A DNA stretch of 64,000 nt, taken from NCBI GenBank assembly GCA_036556305.1, contig DATBJO010000090.1, positions 39,923 through 103,922 on the forward strand, given 5' to 3'. Below are positions 17,857 to 27,877 of this stretch, in pieces. Source of the DNA: Gemmatimonadota bacterium. GTDB lineage: Bacteria > Gemmatimonadota > Gemmatimonadetes > JACCXV01 > JAHWKZ01. Both the position numbers and the translations under genes were made by a program. Each line of letters begins with the position of its first letter. The first letter of the stretch is position 1. The notes beneath the pieces are model-generated. The model was not told where the DNA came from. It did not search any database and saw only the letters and a list, made by a program, of their open reading frames with translations.

Positions 17857-18768
17857 TCAGATCCAGGTGTGGAAGTCGTCGTCTATCAGCTTCCGCTGCT
17901 TGTACCGAAGCATCGAATCCTGGCACGAGCATGCCCAGGCCGCGGTCGGCAGCAGCTCGAGCAGATTCCAGATGATCTCGGGCATGAGCTGGAGCGTGTG
18001 GTCGATCCTCTCCTGGCGCTCCTCTTCCGAGCTCGCCGTCCCCGCCGAATCGCCCTCTTCCGACACGCCCTCCGCCCAGGCGGTCACGTACGCGACGGGA
18101 TGGTAGCACATCTCCAGCTCCCGTGCGAGAAACGCCTCGGGGGCGAGTGTCATGCCGACGAGGTCGCCGCCCATGCCCCGCAGCGCGCGGGCCTCCGCGC
18201 GGGTCTCGTGGCGCGGCCCCTCGCTCACGACGTAGGTCGCTCCAGTCCCCGGACTCAGCGCCATCTCGCTCAGGACCTGGGCGAGTGCCGCGCCCAGTGT
18301 GGGACAGAAGACCGGGTTCTGGCGCAGGATGCCGATGCCCTTGTTCTCGAAGAACGTCGTCGGCCGGTGGCGGGTCATGTCGATCAGGTCGGCGGGCAGA
18401 ACCAGGTCCCCGATCCGGAACCGGGAGGTCAGGGATCCGGGGCCGGTCCAGGCGATCACCCGCTCGACGCCGAGCTCCTTGAGCGCCCACACGTTCGCTC
18501 GGTAATTGATGAACGAGGCGGTGACCTGGTATTCGCGCTCGCCGTGGCGCGGGATCAGGAAGAAGCGCCGATCCCCGTGCTGCATGAACAGGATCGGGGT
18601 CGAGCATCCGAACGGGGTCTCCTTGACCAGCACGTCGGAGATCGTTCCCAGCCGCTCGCGCGCGAGCCGGTACATCTTGCCGCCGCCGATGAAGGCTATC
18701 GTCGAGAACCGATCGTCGTAAGTTCCGGAGAGGATCTGCGGCAGGACCGAGGGCTTCGACTCGCCCAT
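17857..18768 (-). CDS. 5'-methylthioadenosine / purine nucleoside phosphorylase (MTAP family)
   Basis: 303 aa; AFIGGGK near the N-terminus and PNP/MTAP family blocks (GMTLAPE, HETRAEA). It has an unusual roughly 25-aa C-terminal tail (AWACSCQDSMLRYKQRKLIDDDFHTWI). Confidence 0.75.
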   Translation of the reverse strand: MGESKPSVLPQILSGTYDDRFSTIAFIGGGKMYRLARERLGTISDVLVKETPFGCSTPILFMQHGDRRFFLIPRHGEREYQVTASFINYRANVWALKELGVERVIAWTGPGSLTSRFRIGDLVLPADLIDMTRHRPTTFFENKGIGILRQNPVFCPTLGAALAQVLSEMALSPGTGATYVVSEGPRHETRAEARALRGMGGDLVGMTLAPEAFLARELEMCYHPVAYVTAWAEGVSEEGDSAGTASSEEERQERIDHTLQLMPEIIWNLLELLPTAAWACSCQDSMLRYKQRKLIDDDFHTWI

Positions 18769-18808
18769 CGTGCGGTCAATATCCCGAAGCCGGAGAGCGC
18801 GGCGTCAC

Positions 18809-19582
18809 TTAGCGGCGCGGAGCGGCGGCGCGGACCTTCGCGAGCCGGTCCAGCGCGTCGAGCGCCGCCTCCTTCTCGGCCTCTTTCTTGGTCCGTCCCC
18901 ATCCCGTTCCGAGCGCTTCGCCTTCGAGCCATACCTGGCACCGGAAGTTGATGTCGTCACGGCTCTTGTCGGGGGAAGCGTTGGCGCGGGTCGTGCGGTA
19001 CGTCAGCTGCCCGCGACCGAGCTCGTGTATCGTCTCCTGCAGCCGGTTCTTCGCGGTGTGGAATCCTTCTTCGTGTTCCACGTCGAGAGACAGGATGTGC
19101 CGTTCGATGAACGACCGCGCGACCTCGAAGCCGCCGTCGATGTAGAGTCCGCCGATCACGGCTTCGAGAGCGTCCGCCGAGATCTTCTGGCGCCCGCCTC
19201 CCGCCAGCAGGTTCTGATCGTCTCCCGTCTGGATGCAGTCCGGGAGCCCCAGCTCCTCCGACGCCGCCGCGAGGAAGCGCCGCGAGATGATGTGCGCGCG
19301 CTGCTGGGAAAGGACTCCTTCCTGCGCGTCAGGATGACGATTGAAGAGCCATTCGCTCACGGCCAGGTTCAGGACCGAGTCTCCCAGAAATTCGAGCCTC
19401 TCATACGATTCGCCCCGGCTGTCGGACTGGTCGAGCCAGGAGGGGTGGGTCGTGGCACGGGCCAGGAGTCCGGGGATCGTGAACTCGTAGCCGAGCATCC
19501 GCTCGAGCTGGGCGAGCCGCTCCTCCGTGCGCGCTTCGACGCTCGAGCCGCCCGTCAGGCGGCGCAGCCACTTCCATATCAT
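18809..19582 (-). CDS. rnc: Ribonuclease III
   Basis: About 257 aa from ATG at 19582 (MIWKWL...). RNase III signature ERLEFLGDSVL and a C-terminal dsRBD. The track ORF start at 19627 overlaps fabF. Confidence 0.8.
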   Translation of the reverse strand: MIWKWLRRLTGGSSVEARTEERLAQLERMLGYEFTIPGLLARATTHPSWLDQSDSRGESYERLEFLGDSVLNLAVSEWLFNRHPDAQEGVLSQQRAHIISRRFLAAASEELGLPDCIQTGDDQNLLAGGGRQKISADALEAVIGGLYIDGGFEVARSFIERHILSLDVEHEEGFHTAKNRLQETIHELGRGQLTYRTTRANASPDKSRDDINFRCQVWLEGEALGTGWGRTKKEAEKEAALDALDRLAKVRAAAPRR

Positions 19583-19592
19583 GGTGCGTCCG

Positions 19593-20834
19593 TCATTCTT
19601 CGTATCGGCCGATCGCCAGCGAAGCATTGTGACCCCCGAATCCGAACGAATTCGAAAGAGCGGTCCTGACCGTGGCCTCGCGCATCTCGTTCGGCACGTA
19701 GTCCAGATCGCAGAGCGGATCGGGATGTTCCTGGTTGATCGTGGGCGGAACCTTGCCCTCGTGGATGACGAGCGCCGTGACCACGAACTCCAGACCCCCG
19801 GCCCCGCCCAGCAGATGCCCGGTCATCGACTTCGTGGACCCCACCATGAGCTCGTGCGCATGCGGGCCGAACACGGACTTGATGGCCATGGTCTCGAACT
19901 CGTCGTTGAACGGAGTCGACGTTCCATGGGCGTTGACGTAGTCGAACTCCTCGACCGGACGACCCGACTCCTCGACGGCGCGCTGCATCGCGCGCGCGGC
20001 GCCTTCGCCGTTGGGGGCCGGCGCCGTGATGTGATAGGCGTCGGCGGTCATCCCCACGCCGAGGGCCTCGGCGTAGATGCGCGCGCCGCGCGCCTGCGCG
20101 TGCTCCAGCTCCTCGAGGACGACCATCCCCGCACCTTCTCCGAGGACGAAGCCGTCGCGCTCGGCGTCGAATGGTCGACTCGCCTTCTCCGGCTCGTCGT
20201 TGCGCGTCGACATCGCCTTCATCGCCGCAAACCCGCCCACCGACATCGCGGTGACCGCCGCTTCGGTTCCGCCGGCGATCATCACGTCCGCGTCGCCGTG
20301 CTTGATGAGCCGGAAAGCGTCACCGATGGCGTGCGCACTCGAGGCGCAGGCCGAAACAGTGCAGTAGTTGGGGCCTCTTGCACCGTAGCGCATCGAGACG
20401 ATCCCGCTGGCGATGTCGGGGATCATCATCGGGATGTAGAACGGACTGATCCTGGAAGGTCCGCCATCGAGATAGCGCTTGTTCTGCACCTCGTGCGTGG
20501 CGATTCCACCGATACCGGACCCGATGATCACGCCCACGCGGTGACCGTCACCGTTGGGAAGCCCGAGCCCGCTGTCCTCGACGGCCATGCTCGCCGCCGC
20601 GACGGCGAACTGGGTGAACAGGTCCTGGCGGCGGGTTTCTTTCTTCTCGATCCAGCGCTCGGGCTCGAAGCCCTTGACCTCGGCGGCGATCTGGGTGGCG
20701 AATCCTTCGGGATCGAAGCGCGTGATACGCCGCACTCCGGATCGCCCCGCGAGGAGGTTCTCCCATGAGCTCGCCAGGTCGTTGCCCAGCGCCGTGAGCA
20801 GACCCATCCCGGTGACGACGACGCGGCGCACCAT
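19593..20834 (-). CDS. fabF: Beta-ketoacyl-ACP synthase II
   Basis: 413 aa; RVVVTGMGLLTALG, the active-site Cys region TVSACASSAH, the paired His motifs and GHLLGGAG. Confidence 0.9.
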   Translation of the reverse strand: MVRRVVVTGMGLLTALGNDLASSWENLLAGRSGVRRITRFDPEGFATQIAAEVKGFEPERWIEKKETRRQDLFTQFAVAAASMAVEDSGLGLPNGDGHRVGVIIGSGIGGIATHEVQNKRYLDGGPSRISPFYIPMMIPDIASGIVSMRYGARGPNYCTVSACASSAHAIGDAFRLIKHGDADVMIAGGTEAAVTAMSVGGFAAMKAMSTRNDEPEKASRPFDAERDGFVLGEGAGMVVLEELEHAQARGARIYAEALGVGMTADAYHITAPAPNGEGAARAMQRAVEESGRPVEEFDYVNAHGTSTPFNDEFETMAIKSVFGPHAHELMVGSTKSMTGHLLGGAGGLEFVVTALVIHEGKVPPTINQEHPDPLCDLDYVPNEMREATVRTALSNSFGFGGHNASLAIGRYEE

Positions 20835-20842
20835 CGTCGGGC

Positions 20843-21079
<237 letters not shown>

Positions 21080-21112
21080 GCCGTCTCCTCCCCGACGAGT
21101 TCGAACCGGTCT

Positions 21113-21865
21113 TCAGCGCGTGAGCCCGCCATCCACACAGATAACCTGGCCGGTAATATAGTCGCTCATGGACGAGGCGAGAAACAGCGCCAGGTCGGCG
21201 ACGTTGCCGGTCGTGCCCAGTCTTCCGAGGGGGATCCGGTTCAGAAAGTCCTGTTGGCTGCCCTCCCCGAGCACGTGAGTCATCTCGGTCTCGATGAAAC
21301 CGGGAGCGATGACGTTGACGGTGATGCCGCGGGTCGCGACCTCGATGGCCAGCGATTTGGAGAATCCGATCAGCCCCGCTTTCGACGCGGCGTAGTTGGT
21401 CTGGCCCGGATTGCCGATCACTCCGACGATCGAAGAGATGTTCACGATGCGGCCGCTGCGCTGCTTCAGCATCTGCTTGACGGCGCGGCGGCACCAGCGA
21501 TAGGCCGCCGTCAGGTTCACGTCGAGGACCGCGTCCCAATCCTCCGGCTTCATGCGCAGGAGGAGACCGTCCCGCGTGATTCCGGCGTTGTTGACGAGGA
21601 CGTCGAGGCCCTCGAACTCCTCCACGAGCCGATTCCACGCCGCATCGATGTCCCGCTCGGAGCTCACGTCCCCCACGAGCGGGAGCGCGCGAACGCCGCG
21701 CTCGGAAAGGGCTCTCGCGGTCTCCGTGACGGATTCCTGGCTGCGCGCGAACACGGCGACATCGGCGCCGGCTTCGGCCAGGCGTTCGGCGATTCCGCGG
21801 CCGATGCCCCGATTGCCGCCGGTCACGAGCGCCCGCTTCCCCTTGAGATCGATCTCCACGCTCAT
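21113..21865 (-). CDS. fabG: 3-oxoacyl-ACP reductase
   Basis: 250 aa from ATG at 21865, which overlaps the fabD stop (ATGA). TGGNRGIGRGIA Rossmann motif, NAG and the YAASKAG catalytic motif. The track's 855-aa ORF is an upstream artefact. Confidence 0.9.
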   Translation of the reverse strand: MSVEIDLKGKRALVTGGNRGIGRGIAERLAEAGADVAVFARSQESVTETARALSERGVRALPLVGDVSSERDIDAAWNRLVEEFEGLDVLVNNAGITRDGLLLRMKPEDWDAVLDVNLTAAYRWCRRAVKQMLKQRSGRIVNISSIVGVIGNPGQTNYAASKAGLIGFSKSLAIEVATRGITVNVIAPGFIETEMTHVLGEGSQQDFLNRIPLGRLGTTGNVADLALFLASSMSDYITGQVICVDGGLTR

Positions 21866-22788
21866 GAAGCGACCACCTCCTCCACCTGATGAGCCGTCCC
21901 GGCGACTCTGCCTTCGAGCGAGCGGTCGATGCGCTTCACGAGGCCGGTGAGCACGTGCCCCGGTCCGGGCTCCAGCAACCGGCGGATTCCGAGGTCGCGG
22001 AGCGCGAGGACGGTCTCGGTCCACCGCACCGCGCCCGTGACCTGATCGATGAGCCGCTGCCGGATCGCGGCCGGCTCGGTCACGGGACGCGCGTCCACGT
22101 TGGCGACGACCGGGATCGCGGCGGGCCGGACCTCGACGCCGTCGAGAGCCTCGCGCAGTCTCCGCACGGCCGGAGCCATGAGCGGCGAGTGGAACGCGCC
22201 CGATACCTGGAGCTCGATCGCCATCCTCGCGCCCCGCCCCCTGGCCTCGGCGATCGCGCGATGCACGGAACCGACCGATCCCGAAATCACGATCTGGCCG
22301 GGCGAGTTGTAGTTGGCGGGCACCAGGACCTCGCCGTCGAGCCGCGTGTCGGCGCACAGGCGCTCGACTTCCGCTTCCCCGAGGCCGATGACCGCGGCCA
22401 TCGCGCCCGGCCGTTCGATGCCGGCCCTGGCCATCGCCTGTCCCCGCACGCGGACGAGCTTGAGCGCATCGACGAAGGCGAGACTCCCCGCCGCGACGTG
22501 CGCCGTGAACTCCCCCAGGCTGTGTCCCGCCGCCGCGCTCGGCACCATGCCGTGGGACCGCAGCACGCGAGCCGCGGCGACGCCGTGCGTGAGGAGCGCG
22601 GGCTGGGCGTTCTCGGTCGCCTTCAGCTCCCGTTCCGGCCCCTCCCAGCAGAGCCGCGAAAGCTCGAAGCCCAGGATCTCGTCGGCCTCGAGAAAGACAT
22701 CGCGCGCCTCCGTGAAGGCGTCGGCCAGGTCCGCACCCATCCCCACCGCCTGGCTCCCCTGACCGGGGAACTGGAAAGCGACCGGCAC
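21862..22788 (-). CDS. fabD: Malonyl-CoA:ACP transacylase
   Basis: 308 aa; FPGQGSQ and the active-site GHSLGE motif. Confidence 0.9.
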   Translation of the reverse strand: MPVAFQFPGQGSQAVGMGADLADAFTEARDVFLEADEILGFELSRLCWEGPERELKATENAQPALLTHGVAAARVLRSHGMVPSAAAGHSLGEFTAHVAAGSLAFVDALKLVRVRGQAMARAGIERPGAMAAVIGLGEAEVERLCADTRLDGEVLVPANYNSPGQIVISGSVGSVHRAIAEARGRGARMAIELQVSGAFHSPLMAPAVRRLREALDGVEVRPAAIPVVANVDARPVTEPAAIRQRLIDQVTGAVRWTETVLALRDLGIRRLLEPGPGHVLTGLVKRIDRSLEGRVAGTAHQVEEVVAS

Positions 22789-22791
22789 GGG

Positions 22792-23787
22792 CTACAGCAC
22801 GATTACGGAGGCCCCCCAAGCGAGGCCGCCGCCGAAGGCGGTCATCAGGATCGTCGAGCCCGCTCCGATTCGACCCTGCCGTCGCGCTTCGTCGAGCGCG
22901 ATGGGAATGGAGGCCGAGCTCGTATTGCCGTAGCGGTCGATGTTGACGAACACACGCTCCTCTTCCACGCCCAGGCGCTTCGTCACCCCATCGATGATGC
23001 GGATGTTCGCCTGGTGCGGAATCACGAGGTCGATGTCCGAGATGGCGAGGTCGGCGGCGGCCAGCACCTGCCGGCAGGAGTCCTCCATCGCCATCACGGC
23101 ATGCTTGAAGATCTCCCTTCCCTCCTGCTTGACGAACTCCATGCGCTCCGAGCGCGTCTGTTCGGTCGACGGGAGGGCCGCTCCACCGGCCGGTCTCCAG
23201 AGGAGCCTGGCCTGGCGTCCGTTCGTGCGCATGTGGGTAGCAAGGATGCCCCGCCCGTTTCCGTCCCCTCGCTGGATGAGCGCCGCACCCGCCCCGTCCC
23301 CGAACAGCACGCAGGTCGTGCGATCCGTGTAGTCGAGGATCGCCGACATCTTCTCGGACCCCACGACGAGGATGTTCTCGTGCATGCCGGAGGTGACCAT
23401 GGCGTCGGCGAGCGAGACGCCGTATAGCCATCCCGCGCAGGCGGCGCTGATATCGAAGGCCGCCGCCTTCTCGCACCCGATCAAGGCCTGCGTCTCGCAG
23501 GCCGTGGCGGGCAACAGGTGGTCGGGGGTCGCGGTCGAGAGGATGAGGATGTCCACGTCCAGCGCGTCGAGCGCGGCGTCGGCGAGCGCCCTGCGGCAGG
23601 CGTCGGCCGCCATGTCCGCGGTGTTCTGACCTTCGGCGCACATGCGACGCTCCTTGATGCCCGTGCGGGTCGTGATCCACTCGTCGCTCGTGTCCACGAT
23701 GCGCTCGAAGTCGGCGTTGGTAACGACCTTCTCCGGCACCGACATCCCCGTGCTCCGAATCGTGGCCCTCGATCGAATCGTCGACAT
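22792..23787 (-). CDS. fabH: 3-oxoacyl-ACP synthase III
   Basis: 331 aa from ATG at 23787 (one-nucleotide overlap with the plsX stop). Active-site AACAGW, and the HQAN and GNTSSAS motifs. Confidence 0.9.
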   Translation of the reverse strand: MSTIRSRATIRSTGMSVPEKVVTNADFERIVDTSDEWITTRTGIKERRMCAEGQNTADMAADACRRALADAALDALDVDILILSTATPDHLLPATACETQALIGCEKAAAFDISAACAGWLYGVSLADAMVTSGMHENILVVGSEKMSAILDYTDRTTCVLFGDGAGAALIQRGDGNGRGILATHMRTNGRQARLLWRPAGGAALPSTEQTRSERMEFVKQEGREIFKHAVMAMEDSCRQVLAAADLAISDIDLVIPHQANIRIIDGVTKRLGVEEERVFVNIDRYGNTSSASIPIALDEARRQGRIGAGSTILMTAFGGGLAWGASVIVL

Positions 23788-24806
23788 CAGGCCCCTCTCG
23801 AGGCGGTGCCCGGGTCCTGCGCTCCGATCGCCGTTTCGATCCGGCGGGCGAGATCGCACTCGACCGCCAGGCGCGCGACGCCGATCGCGTTGCGGAACGC
23901 CTTCACGCTCGATCCTCCGTGACAGATGATCACGATCCCGTCGACGCCCAGCAACGGAGCGCCGCCGTATTCCGCGTAGTCGATGCGTCGAGCGAGTCGG
24001 CGGAACGCCGGGCGCATGAGCCAGGCCCCGAGCGCCGCCCGGCGACTCGATTCCGCTTCGCGCTCGATTTCCCCCGCAAGGAAGTCGACGAAAGACTCCC
24101 CGAACTTGAGCAGCACGTTCCCGGTGAATCCATCGGTAACGACCACGTCCGCGGCGCCGCGGAGGACGTCCCTGCCCTCGACGTTGCCGACGAAGTTCAA
24201 TCCGCTTTCGGCCAGGAGCCGGTGCGCCGCGATCGTGAGGTCGTTTCCCTTGCCGGCCTCTTCTCCGATCGACAGCAGTCCCACGCGCGGTCGCTCCCGA
24301 CCCAGAACCTCCGCCGCGTAGACGTGACCCATGAGCGCGAATTGCGCGAGGTGGTGCGGCTTGCACTCGGCGTTCGCGCCCACGTCGAGGACGAGACACG
24401 GATGCGACCGCGTCGGGAACGGAGTCACGATCGCGGGCCGCGAGATGCCGGCGATCCGTCCCAGCGTCGTGAGGGCCGCGGCCATGACGGCGCCCGTGTT
24501 CCCGGCCGAAACGAACGCGTCCGCTCCGCCCGCCTGCTGGAGCTCGACGCCGACCAGGATCGAAGAGAATCGCTTCCGGCGCAACGCCGCCGCCGGCGCC
24601 TCGTCCATCCCGATGATGTCGGGTGCGTGACGGAAGGACAGCCGCCCGGACTTCGAGCCGACGGGTGCCAGGGGCGCAAGCCTGCGCTCGTCGCCGACCA
24701 GCACGATCTCCAGATCCGGTTCCTGCGCATCGAGCGCTGCGATCGCGCCGGCCACGGGCCGCTCCGGCGCGTGATCGCCGCCCATGGCGTCCAGTGCGAT
24801 GCGCAT
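23787..24806 (-). CDS. plsX: Phosphate acyltransferase PlsX
   Basis: 339 aa; MRIALDAMGGDHAP, the canonical PlsX N-terminus. Confidence 0.9.
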   Translation of the reverse strand: MRIALDAMGGDHAPERPVAGAIAALDAQEPDLEIVLVGDERRLAPLAPVGSKSGRLSFRHAPDIIGMDEAPAAALRRKRFSSILVGVELQQAGGADAFVSAGNTGAVMAAALTTLGRIAGISRPAIVTPFPTRSHPCLVLDVGANAECKPHHLAQFALMGHVYAAEVLGRERPRVGLLSIGEEAGKGNDLTIAAHRLLAESGLNFVGNVEGRDVLRGAADVVVTDGFTGNVLLKFGESFVDFLAGEIEREAESSRRAALGAWLMRPAFRRLARRIDYAEYGGAPLLGVDGIVIICHGGSSVKAFRNAIGVARLAVECDLARRIETAIGAQDPGTASRGA

Positions 24807-24819
24807 GGCGCGTTCTATC

Positions 24820-25005
24820 CTAGAACTCTTCCTCCACCTCGATCACGTGGCGGCCGGAGTAATGACCGCAATGGGGGCAGATTCGATGGGTCAGCTTGGG
24901 CTGCAGGCACTTGTCACACTTCACGAGTGTCGGCGCGGTTGCGTGCTTGTGGGTTCGACGCTTCCGCTTGCGGGTCTTGGACGTTTTTCTTCTGGGGACG
25001 GCCAT
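24820..25005 (-). CDS. rpmF: 50S ribosomal protein L32
   Basis: 61 aa; MAVPRRKTSKTRKRKRRTHKH...CPHCGH, a zinc-ribbon L32. Confidence 0.9.
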   Translation of the reverse strand: MAVPRRKTSKTRKRKRRTHKHATAPTLVKCDKCLQPKLTHRICPHCGHYSGRHVIEVEEEF

Positions 25006-25032
25006 CTGTCTCTCCGCATCGATGTTGATGGA

Positions 25033-25560
25033 TCAGCCTTCCGATTCGAGCTTCAGCCCCTCGAGCGCCTTCCAGCGCGTATCGGTCGCTTCCGCGGTGC
25101 AGTCGCATGAGCCTTCATTGAGATTCTGCCCGCACTGAGGGCAGATTCCCCTGCAATCGGGCACGCAGAGTGGAAAGCGCTCGGCCTCGAGGAACAGCCG
25201 GTCGCGAACCTGCGCGTCCAGCTCTATCCTCTCGGCGCCCCTGTCCAGCCACACGATGTCGTCGTCGCCGGCTCCGTCGCCCTCCCGCGCATCGCGCCCC
25301 CGCTCCTGATATACCACCCGGAGCGGGACGTCGATCGGAGTGGCGGTCGGCTCGAGACAACGCCTGCAGGGCGCGATCACGGTTCCGGTCAGCCGACCCG
25401 TCAGGACATAGGTGCTCCCGGAAGGCTTCCGCACCGTGACGTCGAGGATCAGCGGCTCCTCGATCTCGGCCTCGAAGCCGCTGAGCACCGGGCTCTTTCC
25501 CTCGATCTCGAATCGCCCGTCGAGGCGCCCGTCTTCGAACCGGGAGAGATCCAGGAACAT
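25033..25560 (-). CDS. YceD family protein (DUF177)
   Basis: About 175 aa from ATG at 25560 (MFLDLSRFEDG...), with the C-terminal CxxC...CxxC cluster typical of DUF177. Conserved position upstream of rpmF. The track ORF start at 25626 is probably too long. Confidence 0.7.
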   Translation of the reverse strand: MFLDLSRFEDGRLDGRFEIEGKSPVLSGFEAEIEEPLILDVTVRKPSGSTYVLTGRLTGTVIAPCRRCLEPTATPIDVPLRVVYQERGRDAREGDGAGDDDIVWLDRGAERIELDAQVRDRLFLEAERFPLCVPDCRGICPQCGQNLNEGSCDCTAEATDTRWKALEGLKLESEG

Positions 25561-25643
25561 AACAATTGAATGTACTTTCCGGCCGATTATCGGGCAATCC
25601 GGAGCACCGCAGACAGCGAGTCCCACCGCCCCCGCCGAGGCGT

Positions 25644-26069
25644 CTACGAGCCCGGAAAGAAGAACTCGATCTCCCGGGCCGCGGTGTCCGGCGAATCCGA
25701 GGCGTGGATCGCGTTCCGCTCCACGGATTCCGCGTACAGGTTGCGGATGGTCCCTTCCGCGGCCCGGGCAGGGTCCGTAGCTCCGATCGTCTCGCGCAGC
25801 GCCGAGACCGCGCTCTTTCTCTCGAGCACCATCGGCACACAGCGGTCGCTCGTCATGAAGCTCACGAGGCTGGCGTAGAACGGACGCCCGGCGTGGACCG
25901 CGTAGAACTCTCTGGCTTCCTTCTCGCCCAACCGCGTCATGCGCATCTCGCGCACGACGAAACCGGCCTCTTCGAGCCTGGCGAGGATCTTCCCGATGAA
26001 GTTCTTCCCCACGGCGTCAGGCTTGATGATCGCGAGCGTGCGCTCGGCGGCCATGGCTACCTCCTCCAC
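25644..26069 (-). CDS. ndk: Nucleoside-diphosphate kinase
   Basis: 141 aa; ERTLAIIKPDAV, the active-site NAIHASDS. The start may be the internal ATG at 26054. Confidence 0.9.
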   Translation of the reverse strand: MEEVAMAAERTLAIIKPDAVGKNFIGKILARLEEAGFVVREMRMTRLGEKEAREFYAVHAGRPFYASLVSFMTSDRCVPMVLERKSAVSALRETIGATDPARAAEGTIRNLYAESVERNAIHASDSPDTAAREIEFFFPGS

Positions 26070-26088
26070 GAACTCGATGGATTGTCGA

Positions 26089-27069
26089 CTAGAACTGGAG
26101 CAGCTTCCGGATCAACGACCGACGGCTGATGAGGCCGACCCACTTCCCGTCGCGGGTGAGCGGCAGCGGATCGACGTTCTTGTTGACGATGATCGACGCC
26201 GCCTCGTTGATCGTGGCTTCGACGGGCAGGCAGAGCACCGCCTTCGACATGACGTCCCGGACGAGCGTGCGATCCGCTGACTCCCGGACCCCCGCTTCCC
26301 GCTCGGAGCCCGCTTCTCCACCCGACCCTCCGGACGTCCTCGAATACCCCGGAAGGAAGGCTTTGATCAGGTCCTTTTCGGACACCATTCCGACGATCTC
26401 GTCCCGCTTGTTCACGACCGGCAGGGCCGGATGTCGCCCGCGGATCAGCACACGGGCCGCCTCGTCGAGCACCATGTCGGGATAGACCCTCTGTGCGGCC
26501 GGGTCCATCACGTCGACGACGGAAAGCCGCTGGACTCGGGTCGCTTCCCGGATCGCCGGCACGCCCGCGATCCGATCCGGGGTCTCCGCTTCGAGGATCG
26601 CCTCGACGACCCCCTCTCCCCGCAGGGCGGCGGCGATCGAAGCCACGGTCTCGAGATATGCGGCGCTCTCGTCCGGCGGAGCCGCGGCGAAGACGAACAG
26701 CCGTCCGCGGGTCTCCTCGCCACCCTCGACGGGCACCCGGAGCGCCTTTCGCGTCGCCCCCATTACGACGACTTCCCTCTCGATCGCGTCCGATTTCAGG
26801 TGCGGCATGAAGGCGCCCCCGCCGATCGCGATCGTGTCCTCCGCGCCGAGGGACGAGACCTGGCGCATGAGGCGCTCGCGGTCGACGACTCCCGGCTGCC
26901 CTGCCGCGAACGCCGCCAGCTCGTCGAGGACCTCCGCGTAGGACGTCGCCTCGAGCGGGGGCGCGATCTGGGAGGCCTCGAGGAGGGGCCGCTTGCGCGC
27001 GGGTTCAGCCAAGCGCCTCCTCGACCAGCCCCACGATGTCGGCGGGACGCCCGGCGACCGCGATCCCAT
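26089..27069 (-). CDS. PTS EIIA type-2 (EIIA-Ntr-like) domain fused to a CBS-domain pair
   Basis: N-terminus [28 protein letters not shown]...[17 protein letters not shown] matches PTS_EIIA_2, including the His in MPH. It is followed by two CBS domains (VVDVMDP...[22 protein letters not shown]; VRDVMSKAV...[20 protein letters not shown]). No in-frame canonical start lies downstream of the sucD stop, so the start is within the sucD overlap and uncertain. Confidence 0.65.
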   Translation of the reverse strand: MGSRSPGVPPTSWGWSRRRLAEPARKRPLLEASQIAPPLEATSYAEVLDELAAFAAGQPGVVDRERLMRQVSSLGAEDTIAIGGGAFMPHLKSDAIEREVVVMGATRKALRVPVEGGEETRGRLFVFAAAPPDESAAYLETVASIAAALRGEGVVEAILEAETPDRIAGVPAIREATRVQRLSVVDVMDPAAQRVYPDMVLDEAARVLIRGRHPALPVVNKRDEIVGMVSEKDLIKAFLPGYSRTSGGSGGEAGSEREAGVRESADRTLVRDVMSKAVLCLPVEATINEAASIIVNKNVDPLPLTRDGKWVGLISRRSLIRKLLQF

Positions 27070-27877
27070 GGGCGCGAAGGGACTCCATCTTCTCCTGCGC
27101 GGTGCCCTCGCTCCCCGAGATGATCGCGCCCGCGTGACCCATCCGCCGGCCGGGCGGCGCGGTCTGGCCGGCGATGAAGCCCACGACCGGAGTCTTCATC
27201 CCGCGCTCGACGAACGCCGCGGCTTCCTGCTCGTCGGTGCCGCCGATCTCGCCGATCATGACCACCGCGCGAGTCTCCCCGTCCCTCTCGAACAGCGAAA
27301 GACAGTCGATGAAGCTCGTACCGATGATCGGATCGCCCCCGATGCCGACGCACGTCGACTGTCCGATTCCCGCCCCGGTCAGGTGATGAATGACCTCGTA
27401 GGTGAGCGTTCCGCTCCGCGACACCACACCGACGGATCCCGGCATGCAGATCTGGCCGGGAAGGATCCCGACCTTGCTCTTCCCGGGGCTGATGAGCCCC
27501 GGACAATTGGGCCCTACCAGCCGCGCCCCCTTCTCCCGGACGAAGGGCATGACGCGCGTCATGTCCAGGACCGGAATGCCCTCGGTGATCGCCACGATCA
27601 GGCTGACGCCGGAATCGGCGGCCTCGTAGACGGCGTCGGCGGCGAAGACCGGCGGAACGTAGATCACCGAAGCGTTCGCATCGGTCTCGGCCACCGCCTC
27701 GGCGACCGTATCGAAGATCGGGATCCGATCGTCGAACGTCTGGCCGCCCTTGCCCGGCACGACGCCGCCGACGACGTGCGTGCCGTAGTCGATCATCTGC
27801 CGGGCGTGAAACGAACCGTCGCGCCCCGTGATTCCCTGGACGAGGAGCCTGGTCGAGCCGTCGATCAGGACGCTCAT
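27005..27877 (-). CDS. sucD: Succinyl-CoA synthetase alpha subunit
   Basis: 291 aa from ATG at 27877, which overlaps the sucC stop. [21 protein letters not shown] and the phosphohistidine-loop motif GHAGAII. Confidence 0.9.
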   Translation of the reverse strand: MSVLIDGSTRLLVQGITGRDGSFHARQMIDYGTHVVGGVVPGKGGQTFDDRIPIFDTVAEAVAETDANASVIYVPPVFAADAVYEAADSGVSLIVAITEGIPVLDMTRVMPFVREKGARLVGPNCPGLISPGKSKVGILPGQICMPGSVGVVSRSGTLTYEVIHHLTGAGIGQSTCVGIGGDPIIGTSFIDCLSLFERDGETRAVVMIGEIGGTDEQEAAAFVERGMKTPVVGFIAGQTAPPGRRMGHAGAIISGSEGTAQEKMESLRAHGIAVAGRPADIVGLVEEALG